Assembly: GCA_000708835.1 (NCBI GenBank)
Contig: DF237465.1
Coordinates: 1,227-65,226, forward strand
Reading direction: 5' to 3'
Source of the DNA: Klebsormidium nitens
Lineage: Eukaryota; Plantae; Klebsormidiophyceae
DNA: 64,000 bases
Shown: positions 13,860 to 24,715 of the stretch, one piece after another
Layout: every line of letters begins with the position of its first letter
Numbering within the stretch: position 1 is the first letter of the stretch
Notes under the pieces: generated by a model
The model's database searches: none
Told to the model about the DNA's origin: nothing
The model's input: only the letters and a program-made list of their open reading frames with translations
Made by a program: the position numbers and the translations under genes

Positions 13860-14280
13860 ACGATCATAGAGTGGACGGTTTGCAGGACTCGGGCCGGTGG
13901 AGATGCTAGTTCGGACGCCAATGGGCAGAAAGAGCGCGCTGCCGCTTCTCTGGATAGAAGGCGAAGGATGTGAGCCGCAAGTTTGACGAAGCTTTAGAAG
14001 GACGATGCGATCGCGCGAGAATTTAATGCGAATGGGATGCCGGTGGGCAGAAAGGGCGTGCTGCGAACTCTGCAAGAAGCGGTGGATGTGAGCACCACGA
14101 TTGAAGGAGCGTTTTATCAGAAGTTTGTACATGGGCCGAAAGTTGATGTCAGTGGGCACGAATATCGCGCTGCCGCTCCTCGGACGATTGCAAATGGGCA
14201 GAAAGAAAGGAGAAAGAAGTGCTGGTGGGAAACGCCGGTGGGTAGGAAGAGCGCGCTGTCATCTCTCTGCAGAGAAGGCG
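13860..14280 (-). repeat. Four decayed copies of the GLP3 exon 6 acceptor plus exon start
   Basis: Pseudo-exon starts at about 13949, 14069, 14178 and 14266, all resembling ag|agaatcggcagttcgctcttcctgcccaccgg (true start 13830). Confidence 0.75.
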
Positions 14281-15252
14281 GATTTGGAAGTTAGGCAACA
14301 AAATCCGTAAACTCCGTTTTCTCGGACGATTCACCATACGAAGTAAAGCTAACCCCACAGCCGCAGAGAATAGGGCGGAAGAAGGAGAGCCTGCCTCCTG
14401 GTCGATTTTTTTCCGCTCGAACGCTTGATTGAAGAAGAAAAAGGCGCCTGACTTGTTAAGTGACTCACAGGTTCGACACACAATGAAAACGCTGGCATTG
14501 ATGAAGGGCGCACAGCGCTTCGCGCACGCGCGTGCGCCTGCTTTCGATTCGACCGCATGATCAAAATCTCTAGAGTACTCAAGGCATGTCCATAGGATCG
14601 TTCAGGAGATCCTTGCACTTGATCGTTCATTCCCGAGCGCTCTGTTCAATATCACCACTGCAAGACTGCCAATCTATCGAACTCAGAGCGGGCGGGTAAA
14701 AACAAGCTCGCGCTCCTGTTTCCCCACGCGACCACCTGATCATAAACCTGGTACTCAAAAAAATATCCGGCTCATCTTAGAGGTCCTTGGACTTGATCGC
14801 TCTTTCACAAGCGCTCTGTTCAGCTTCACCATCGCAAGACTGCCAGAAGAGGTAAGAGGGAGAACATGGATTCCCGGCCAGCTTGTGCAATGTGATGAAC
14901 CCCCTTGGGTATAACACCCCCAGATTGACCATTCGGCCCGACAGTGAGTGTCGCAAAACTTGCCTACTTGGATCAAGGCTGTTTGGTTGCACAGCCTAAC
15001 CAGAGCAATCACTGTGAGCCTTTTGGTACAAGGGTTTGCGGGAAGCTGGCCTCTTCTAACGACTTTACGACTTTCTGGTTAAGTGTGCAAAGCCTAGCTA
15101 GCACATACACCTGTTTGGAGGCCATTCAGAACCTGCATATTCAGTGACATAGAGAATCAAAGCCTTGTCAGGTTGACCCACATATTGGAGCGATTCTTCG
15201 TGCAAAGAAGCTGGAGACACCTTTCCTGACATATTGCTTTGTGGTTCTTCAG

Positions 15253-16011
15253 ACCCCTCCACACCCATCCCCGCGCAACAGAGATCCTGTACGTTATTGA
15301 GGGCCAGCTGTACGCCGGCTTCGTTGACACCAACAGTGAGTTCCGCCCACCATACCCGGCTGATTACAATCGTTGTGCTAACGACAGTTGTTTAAGTGTC
15401 GAAGAACGGTTTTCGGTTGCCTTAATAAACATATGTGCGTTTACAATGGTCCTTCACTTTTCCGACAACGTCTCATCACCGACCGTGACATGTGCTTCGC
15501 TCAGTTTCCCTTTGATCGTCTGAACTAGCCTTGCTCCCTCTTTCCATTCAACTCCTGCATATAAGGGGAGCTTTTATATATGGGACTTGGGTAGAAGGCC
15601 ATTCTCCGGATTGCCTACAGAACCACATGATAAAACCCGATGCTGTTTTATTTCGACTAAGATGAGACCGCCTCCGGCCTTCCTCTCTCTGTCACGGTAC
15701 CTGGTGCCGATAAAGGGCTTGTCTGCCAGAGCCTGCTTCAATGCTGACGTCGTCTGTAGGATACGCTACTGTGAATAAGGCTGGGCTCGACGTGTCCCTC
15801 TTCCCTTAGGCTCGTTTTGAACGCAGTCTCGCAAGCAATATGCTGACGTCGTCAATCCCCCTGTCCTGCAGACACTCTCTACGCAACGACGCTGAACGTG
15901 GGTGACGTGTTCGTCTTCCCCCGCGGTCTGATCCACTTCCAGCAGAACACCAGCCCGGACAATCCTGCCAAGGCGCTCGCGGCGCTCAACAGCCAAAACC
16001 CAGGAACGCAG
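15253..16011 (+). CDS. Inverted exons 4 and 5 of germin-like gene 3
   Basis: Plus-strand exon 15253-15335 (83 nt, cag|...|gtgag; [27 protein letters not shown]) and exon 15872-16011 (140 nt, cag|...|gtgag; [46 protein letters not shown]). Lengths and phases equal exons 4 and 5 of GLP1 and GLP2. Confidence 0.9.
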
Positions 16012-19000
16012 GTGAGCCGAAGGATCAAATTCTGCAAATAGTCCAGATGACGTCACACGTTTGACCGGACCGGCCTGGATGCAGATTGACAGAACGGAAC
16101 GGAACCGAACGGAACGCACCTTGAGGAGAACATGGACTCCCGGCCAACTCTGGACAGGCCTAGACGGGGTCAACGGTCTAAATGCAAAGGCTAACTAGAC
16201 TGGAAAGAAAAAGCCAGTAAGATTGAAGCACCACCAAGGTCAGGGGAACGTTCCTATCTAGGTCAAAAAAGTTGGAAAAAGGAAACATCTGTAGAAACAC
16301 ACGGTAACTCACACTTGGCCGCACGGCGCATAGTTATAGAAGGCGGCTGAGATGCCTTGGGACCTGCAAGGAGTGGCAAGCTTTACTGCCCATTCAGCGT
16401 GGCTACGCTTAAATTCACCATGACACAAGATGTGATGTAGGATAAGCCTAGGGCCCATGACTGGCCTAGCGCCAACATAGGAAGAGTTGATAAAGGGACT
16501 TCCTTACGGGCAGTCAAGAAGCAAGATCAGACAAGTTGAGAGTCGACATCAGACAGATTGATTGGTCCACAAAAGAACTATCTACCACAATGAAGAGCCC
16601 TGCATTGCACAGCATCTGTCTGCAGAAACATTGTGTCTCAATGCTAAGCGATTTCCTAATGGGAGTGAGGCCTTACGCGAGAGCAGGGAATGTTGCGGCG
16701 ATGGCAGGCTTGGCGGCGCTGCCCTGGCCTGACGTCACATTGACGTTGTTGAGACCACGGAAGGCAAAGTTGGCGCCAGTCACTGCAGCCCACCAAGCAA
16801 CATTGAAGCTCATGACATCCAGAAGTTGGGGTCAATGCTGCTGGTAAAAGCATTTTACCTTTGTCTTACTTGCCAAAGGTGCCCTTACTTTGAAACCCGG
16901 TGAATTGTCGCATGCAGGTGGTCAATGGCAGACCGGGTTGTGTCAATGCAGCTCTAGTAATTTGCTTGCAAACTTATTGCTTTCTGATCCACGTTTCATA
17001 TACACAGCCTTTGGACTTCAGCCTGAGTGAATGCAGATATGCCCAGCATTCAGGAAGAGTTGATTACGTATGACAGTCTGACAACTCTTTTTTTTGCAGA
17101 GCTGAGGCATGCTGCATTGCTCGGCTCCTTAAAACGTTCGAGAATGCCCTCGGTATCATATGGCGCCTCAACTTTCTCACCTGGGGCCCCATTGGCTCCG
17201 GAAAGGATGAAGTCTGCGACCGGGTCTGGGTCCGAAGCAGACGCCACAATGGCGACCACTGACAGGACCAGTAACGCCAAGCTAGTACCATAGCTCATAG
17301 CCATAATTCTGACTTGAAATAGAATTCAAGAAGCTACAAGGGACGGTGCCCCAGCTAAACTCTCTTCTCAGCTGAAGCTGAAGTTTGCTCAATAGTCCTG
17401 ACTGCAAGCTGATGAAGCTGGACGTACGTGTTGAGACAAGTCGAAACGCGGGCAGCCTCCACGCCTCAGGGAGCCAGCCCTGTAGGAGCTGTTCCGTGTA
17501 TTTTACACCTACACGTTCTGGCTGGCGCCTTCAAGGTGTTCTGGGAACTGACGTGCAAATGGCGGTGCAGCAAGTGCTGAGCGAATGTGGAATCTAGCTC
17601 TCTCTCGACATTTAGGTAGAATCCTGCAACCTGCAAGCCAAATTATTCGCAAACAAGTTACCTGGCATTGGCTAGCAGCAGAAGCCCAAGCTTCCTTCCA
17701 CCAGCGTGTAGGAGGACGCCAAATGGAAGCTCAGAGCGCGTCCGTCGCTTTGGCCTCCGAATCCCGATCTGCACTCTGCGCACATACCGGGGGCGGTCGT
17801 ATAAGACGTCACTGCTGGCGACTCCGTAGATTGAGTTCCGCCGCTCGGAGTCGCCGCCGTCCACGCGCTGGATTGCAGGAGGTCAATGATTGGATGCTTC
17901 CGTGGCAGGCAATCATTGATTGATGAATTTCCGATCGGACTCGATCCGGCGCCGACTCCGGCCGCTATCCGGCCGCTATGCGGCTATCGCCCCTGCGCCC
18001 CGGCCGATCGCTGATGGTTTCTTCCGTGATCGTCGACGGGCCCATGAATGATCATCCGAACGCCATTCCGACGAGACGACGAATGGGCCAGTAGATTCCT
18101 TATCATTCTTCTTCTGGATGGTTGTCGAACGACGGATAAGTGGAATTAAGCCCGTTGTGTACGTTGTCGATGGACAAAGGGGTATATGAGGCTCTTACAA
18201 GTGCGAGCTTGCATGGTGTGGAGACGGCGCGGCTCCCCCGTACATGACTTGGCATTCGCCGTCCAAAATCGTCCAACAATATACACGTCTTAAAGTCGAC
18301 GGGAGGTCGAACTTGAGAACGTACTCGACTCAACCACGTCGTCACCTTGAAAAGGATACGGAAAGACCCATCTCGGCAATCAATCCACGCGACCAATTAG
18401 TGCGGCGCACTGTGGACCCGGACAGTCGGACAATGCTGTGAAACAAGGTAATGACCTGTTCTTGATCACGTCTTCATCCGGTGTTTCCTTCAGATGTTAC
18501 TAATATTCTTTGCGACACTCAGGACTCGGAGCAATATAAACTTAGAGACTGTCATGAGATGATCTCTCATTCAACAGCGACATACCAGTCAGGATACGCG
18601 GACGCGAAAAATCGGAATGAGTTGTGGGGCTTGTGGAGTCAACCCTCAGTTGAATCGGCAAAGGGCATTAAGAACGAGACCCGCACAGTGACTCGACTTC
18701 GATCTGTTACATTGAGGTTGATAAGAGGACTTAGAACTTTTAAAGTCTTAGACGTATGCGTCGATAATGTGAGGACAGGGTCGAGGACAAGGTCAGCTCT
18801 CGTTAGAGACATTCAAGATGCGAGTCGCTGCTTAAGAAGTGAAGTTTGTGCTGGCACATCTTTCGAAAGCTTATCTGCCAGTCAGGCGAGTCGAAGCGCG
18901 ACGTCGCCACCTGATTCACGTTAACCGTACCAGATGCTAAAGCCCCGCCTCTCCTGCCGCCACCTATCCTTATTTTTTATTTCAATGTTTTCTTGTAATG

Positions 19001-19040
19001 TGGTTCCAAATTAGCTCTTTATGCAGCACTCGTTCACCCG

Positions 19041-20685
19041 TTAGTCTGCATAGAAAGGCCAGTACAGCCCGCCGTTCTCGAGGTCCCAGATCGACCGGGC
19101 GAGCCTCACGGCCCCCGCCGATGCTGACGGGGCATCATGTTCTCCCTGCTCGCCTGCTGACGTGGCACTCTCTTCGGCTGCTGACGTGGCGCTCTCGTCG
19201 CGAATGCGCACCAGCCCAAGCGCGCACATCTCGCCCAGGAACTCCGTCAGCTCGTCGTCATCTCTTACCGTCACCTCCGCGGTCAGGATGGCGTCAGGGC
19301 TGGCGTCACTCTTCTCTTCGTCAGTGACGTCAGCCTCCTCCTCGCCGGCAGGGACGCAGTCGAAGGGGAACTGGACGCGGATGGTGCGCCGAACTGCGGC
19401 GACAATATTGTACATGGCAATCAGAAAAGGGGTCCCTGAGCCTTTGCGTAATCTAGAAGAGATTGTCTGATTGCTTTTTGGAAACAGCTTTCGTCAAGAA
19501 ACGGCTTCTGTCCACTAGCCAGCTGAAAATGCTGCACGCGGCATCCATGATCATCATCTTTTAGGACGGACATTCTTTTCGTTCCAAAGAAAGCTGAGGA
19601 CATGGCATTGAGGTCCAACCTAGCAAACATCACAGCATATGTCCTACCTACCGCGCTTTCAATATCAGGGCCGTAGCAGCTTTCACAAGTAACTTCTGCG
19701 ACTGTCCTGACGGCAATCGCTTTTTCTGGCAGCCAGAGAAAAGCATTTGTTTATCCGCTGACGGAATCAGAGCGGAATGCGATCAGCTCTCGCACCGACT
19801 CCCTGAAGGTGTTCAGAGATGGGAAAGGCCCCCCAGACTTTTCTCGGACGCTAGGCAACCCTAAGAACAGCAGCCAGACACACTTTTTCGAAGCCGAGCC
19901 CGTTTCAGACCATTAGAGATGGTTAAAATTAAATTCCAAAATATCTGTGCCGTTAGGGAATTTCCGAAAAGGGCCTCACCCGCCAGTTCGTTGATTGCGC
20001 GCACGAGGCGCTTAGCGGGGCCTTTGGGCAGCCCAATCTCCTCGAAGTCTTCGGACGTCCAGTAGGGCAGGTCCGCGCCCGCGATCTTGGCCCTGCAAAG
20101 AAAACGGACGTCCTAATTCTGTAAGCTTTCTTTGCCGGCGATCCTTCGAGTATGACGGTAAAACACTTCGTGGAAATCCTCTCTTGAGCACGTGACCAAT
20201 ATTTGCTGACGTTTTGAGTGTTTCCTTCTTGCTTCTCGAAGCGAGAGAGCAAGTGCTGACGGAAAGCTGGTCCTTTTCTTGTAATTCCTCCCGTTAGTAC
20301 TGGGAGGGAATCGACAAGCTTTTCTCTTCGACTAGATCGCGATGGCATGTCCGCCATCTCGAGTTCCCCTGTGAATACGGTGGATTACCAGGAGACAGAT
20401 TCATGCGTCTTCAGCCCGTTGAACCTAGAAACACACGAACACAAGAACAGCCCCGACTTTGACCAACTTCTGACGTACGAAAAACTTTTTTCAGATTCTG
20501 GAAACGCGTCGAGATGTCGAGCGCCTGAATGAAAGGCCAGCGGGCTCACTTGAGGAAGCGGTGGACGTCCACCTTAGTTGTGAGGAAGCCTTGGTCCGCA
20601 GCCCACGTTACCACCTCCTGTGTGCTCCAGTCGCTCACCGGGTGTGAATGCGGGCTCAATGTTTCCTCTTCCTTTGCTTTCTTCT
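19041..20685 (-). CDS. SAM (sterile alpha motif) domain protein, C-terminal exons
   Basis: Phase-compatible exons 20685-20550 and 20092-19980 join to HPVSDWSTQEVVTWAADQGFLTTKVDVHRFLK|AKIAGADLPYWTSEDFEEIGLPKGPAKRLVRAINELA, a typical SAM pattern (W..eV..W, G..L...t.ed..e.G...G). Probable last exon 19393-19041 (acidic). Upstream exons unresolved. Confidence 0.6.
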
Positions 20686-22466
20686 CTGCAGCGGGAAAGA
20701 CAAACAAGAAGTGCCATTACTTTGCTTTCCGAGAAACCAAGCTAGCGCGGTCGATACAGAGGAAAGTACGTACTGCCGATGACAAAGAGTGGATCAGAAG
20801 AGCCGAGCGGATCAGAAGTGCCGACCGGATCGTTTGGCCCGATGGGCCGCGGATGGCTGATCTTCATGGCCTAGCAATCAACTGCCTTGAGACATTCAAA
20901 ATGCTTCTCAATTTGGTAGCAAGATGGAAAAGGGAGACAAGCCCAGTGCACGAAGTTGAATATCCTTTAATGAAGCATATACACACGAGAGAAGCGGAAG
21001 TAACGGAGGCTGCATGGTCAAAATGTGCACCGAATCCTTCGACGACACCTTGCCTCAAGTCCTCGAAGGCAATGCCGTCGGGCCCAGTACGATACATCCT
21101 GGCTGTCCAGTCGATGCAAGGTCAAACCAATCTGATGAGTTTTAAACAGCGCAAAGGCAAGACTTCTAAAATAAAACTCGTGGGTTCCAATCGCTCCTGC
21201 TTTTACAAACACCTACTTTGCCTCGACTGAGAGGAAAACTTCCGGGACCGGGAGCTCAGTGCTAAATGGTAAACTATCTAGAATCTGTGCCGTGCTGCGG
21301 CCACATCATCCAGGCCGTTTCTTTCCATCAACAATGCCGTTGGCCGGCAGAAATTCGAAAGGTCTCTGAATCTGTGGTCCCGACAGCGGTTTAAGTCATC
21401 TTTTTGAGGCTATCCAGGCCCTGAGGGGTTTCCTAGAAACGAAGAACTCTTCGTCGAAGCAGTCTCAAGAAGCTCTCGAAATTTCATCTAAATATTTTGT
21501 TTTCAACGGAAAGATTCAAAAAAGGCCAGAGGTCGGAGTCGAGGACAGTCTGCATCGGACAGTCTCGAGTGCCCTTCGAAAGGACCTTTTCGACGCTATC
21601 CTTCTCAAACAATTCAAAGTAGGTCACAGAGCCACAGCACAGCTAATTCAGCACTGGACTCGAGCTTTGTTGATACCACGTGCTTTCTCGCGGCCGGTAA
21701 ATCGAACGGCGGATATTTCCAGGATTCAGATCCAGAACTCTAGTTCAAGTCTGATGAACAAGGAACTTCTGATGAACTCGAGCTAATGAAAAGCGAACCA
21801 CTTGTGACGCACTCAACTAAGTGATTACAAACTTTGAAAGCACGAGAAGAAACGGAGTCACCCAGACTTGGACGGCCCCGAAATTGACGGTGGTCCGGAT
21901 AACCCGCCAGCACTGGGGCGCATTGGGCGTCCAAGTTTTCTATCCATTTTCTCAAGGACATTACTGAATACAGAAAACAGAGGCGGTGAAAGAAGACTAG
22001 GTACAGGTTCACCAAATTTCCTCCTTGTTTCACAAAGAAGCCTCTGCGTTAAGCGGTTGACAGCTTATATCATTGACGGAATTGAGTCACTTTTTGCAAG
22101 AGGTCTTCTGGCATCTAACGGCCCCCTTCGTTCTGTTGAGAAGAACAGAACGCTCTTGGCCTTTTTGAATCATAACCGTATGCCACTAGACTGGGCGCGA
22201 TTGCCGCCGCGTGACAAAGCTCAACCGTTGTCAAATCACACTTGTTTGGTCCAGCTTCGTGCAAAGCTGACCCGCATGAATCATCACATCCGCAAAAAGT
22301 CTCGTCAAACTTTGCAGGCAACAAAGGGTGCCATAGTGCAAAAGCAGCGGCACAAGCGGAGAAGAGGTTTTTGAATCGCATACATACCCGTGCACACAAT
22401 TCCAACCGCTTAGAAGGTGTTGAAGACTTGGAAACGCTCAGAAAAGGTTGAAGACTAAGAAACCGC

Positions 22467-23657
22467 TCAAATGAAGTTTGAAGACTTGGAAAACCGAAGA
22501 ACTTTCAGAACATGCCCACCTGCTTTTCTGGCCCTGACGCGCTTCTCGACCCGCTCCTCCTGCCGGTCCTTTTCCAGGCCCGCCACGTGCACCGCCTTCT
22601 TCGCCTCTTCGTCCGGCTCCACCCCCCGCTGCTCATCGCCTCTTATCTCCCGCCCATCTCCTATCCCCCCCTCCTGCTCGTCTCGTTTCTTATGCTGCTC
22701 GTGCCCTTTCTCCTCTTTCTGCTCACCTCGTATCTCTATTCGCCCATCTCCTATCCCTTGCTTCTCCTTCCTTTCATCTCCTGCCCATGGATCCTGCTCA
22801 TTGCCTCTCTCCTTCAGCGCAACTCTCCTCCCCTGCTTTTCTCCGTCCCCTCTGCCTTCCTTCCGCGAGTCATCGCCCTTCCCCTTGTTTCGCTGATCTC
22901 CGTCCCGCCTCTGCGCATCTCCATCCCCTCCCGTCCGCTCCGTTTTGCCACCCTCTCTCTCCTCCGGGTGAACCCTCACGATGTGAAACAGACGTTTCGG
23001 CTGAGACCTCACGATCTGAAATAGTCGCATCCACGTGCTGGGGTAAGGCGTCCCGACCGCAGTCAGCCTCGGCACCTTCATCCGCTGCCACGCCGCCTCT
23101 CTTTCTCCCCACCCCTCTTCATCGCCTTTCTTCTGCATGCGCTCCCTCTGCTGCGCAGGCTGGTCTTTGCTGACGTCAGCCGACCCGGATGCAACGTCAG
23201 CAGACGTCCGTCTCCCTGCATTCTGCTTCTTTCCGTTCCCCAGAACGTCCCAGGCTTGGGTCTGATCGTCAGCGCTGCCACGTGCATGCTGCATTCCCGC
23301 CTTGTCATGGCCTCCCTCACTAGAAAAGCCCTGAAAAGAAAAGAGTGTCTTTCTATCGTCCCCTGCATTTCCCTCATGAGTTGCACTCGCTGCAGCTCTG
23401 ATTCCCAGATACTGTGCGGGGCAAAGTTTTCTAGACGTTCTCTTCTTTGCATTTGACCCGGCCTCGGAATGCTTCTGACTCAAGAAATTGTTGTGGAGAA
23501 GGACTCTAGAGAAGGACCCTGCTCTGGTCACGTTTCGAAGGGGGACCACTTTCTGCCTCGAACTGGTCCCCACATTCCCGTAGGTCGAGGCATGCACGAG
23601 CACCTGTCCATCTAGCCTTGCAGGTCTTCTTCCCAGGGCTGTGCTTGCAGTCGCCAT
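22467..23657 (-). CDS. Long first-exon-like ORF: transit-peptide-like N-terminus plus charged low-complexity region; possibly the 5' end of the SAM gene
   Basis: 396-aa ORF, Ser/Arg/Ala-rich N-terminus then G/E/R/K/D-rich region with a duplicated GIGDGR(I)EIRG(D)EQ peptide. Linkage to the SAM exons is inference. Confidence 0.5.
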   Translation of the reverse strand: MATASTALGRRPARLDGQVLVHASTYGNVGTSSRQKVVPLRNVTRAGSFSRVLLHNNFLSQKHSEAGSNAKKRTSRKLCPAQYLGIRAAASATHEGNAGDDRKTLFSFQGFSSEGGHDKAGMQHARGSADDQTQAWDVLGNGKKQNAGRRTSADVASGSADVSKDQPAQQRERMQKKGDEEGWGEREAAWQRMKVPRLTAVGTPYPSTWMRLFQIVRSQPKRLFHIVRVHPEEREGGKTERTGGDGDAQRRDGDQRNKGKGDDSRKEGRGDGEKQGRRVALKERGNEQDPWAGDERKEKQGIGDGRIEIRGEQKEEKGHEQHKKRDEQEGGIGDGREIRGDEQRGVEPDEEAKKAVHVAGLEKDRQEERVEKRVRARKAGGHVLKVLRFSKSSNFI

Positions 23658-24715
23658 TTAATCCTTTGTTTTTTTATCGACAGCTGGCCTTAGAGAAGCT
23701 CCATATCACATTGACAAGCTAGAAAAAGCCCTTGGTAATCTGACCGATGAGCTCTTCTTGATTACTTCGGCACAAATCGCTCGACTCTGTCGACTGCGCC
23801 GATGCTCTTGAAGCTCTTGTTTCGCTTCGAAGATCAGGAAGCTCGCCTCCTCTTACTCCACCTTGCGTCACCGCTCACTTCTGCAGAGAAGGAATTTCAA
23901 GCAGAACAGAATGAATGATCCGGATTATCTTTCGGAGAGCGAAGCTGTATCTTAAGCTGAATGGGCTGCTCGTAGAACGTAATGCCCCGATAGCGAGCTC
24001 TTAATCTTCAGCTCATGATCACGAGCCTTCGACTGCTCGGATTGTGCTCAAATGAATTGGAGCTGCTACAGCACTCGTCGAATCAATCATGATCACGAGG
24101 CACATTGCGCCCCTGCATTCTACCCTGTATTGTTCTTCAGTAATCTTACAGTGAGTTAATGGATGACCAATCTGGCTTTCCTGGGGCTTCAACTCTGGGC
24201 CAAGCTGCAGCTGCTCAAGAGCACTCTTTGCCCGACTTTCGTAGCTTGGGTTAAGAGACTGGTTACGTACTAACCTACTTCACCAGCAGATTCAACCGTC
24301 AGGTCGCTCCTAACCCTTCTCCAATCAGGGAGCACGCTGGAAGTGTCAAATCTCATCATGGTCGTCAGGGAGCTCAAGTTTTGACACTAGATAAGTTTCC
24401 TCGAAACCCAGATCACGTGCAGGCGGCGTGGTTACGCAACTGCGTGACTGGTTGCGATCCAGCAACAAGCGCGCACTGCTCCTTCTGATGACAATGTGAC
24501 AGTGATGGAAATGAAAACCAGCAAGCTGCATTGAAAGAGCGCTGGTCTCAGAAGTCTTAGAATTTGGGCAGCTTTCCCTTCTCAAACTTTTCTGCTGCTT
24601 CATTGCCGAATGAAGAGGAACAGATTCGCAACAGGGCGCAGCATCCATCCGACAAATTGTTCGATTGAGCTCCTGATCTACAATTCGCAGGCGATTTGCA
24701 AGTGAGCGTTCACCA

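Larger units (their letters stand above)
13654..17304 (-). pseudogene. Germin-like protein 3, rearranged: exons 1-3 and 6 on minus strand, exons 4-5 on plus strand
   Basis: Minus-strand exons 17304-17181 (124 nt), 16782-16677 (106), 16363-16313 (51) and 13830-13654 (RIGSSLFLPTGVP...GCGPGVTYPSN*). I found no minus-strand exon 4 or 5 between them. Each exon is individually intact, so the pseudogene status is uncertain. Confidence 0.6.

Noticed and set aside
14960-15140. Minus-strand peptide VLARLCTLNQKVVKSLEEA resembling a germin C-terminal helix
   Set aside because: No in-phase acceptor, and the true paralog-like exon 6 is at 13830-13654.
14960-16312. Inverted repeats that could drive recombinase-type flipping of GLP3 exons 4-5
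   Set aside because: By eye I found only an 8-bp inverted match (gttgaccc near 15172 and gggtcaac near 16168), which is expected by chance. No support for a dedicated invertase site; a proper alignment is still needed.
17600-19000. LTR retrotransposon or other transposon in the GLP3-SAM intergenic region
   Set aside because: There are short CCGGCCGCTA-type repeats and stop-interrupted frames, but no LTR pair, primer-binding site or RT/integrase/transposase motif that I could recognise.
20529-21230. 233-aa plus-strand ORF
   Set aside because: Overlaps the SAM exon antisense, has no recognisable motif, and is better explained as a chance open frame.
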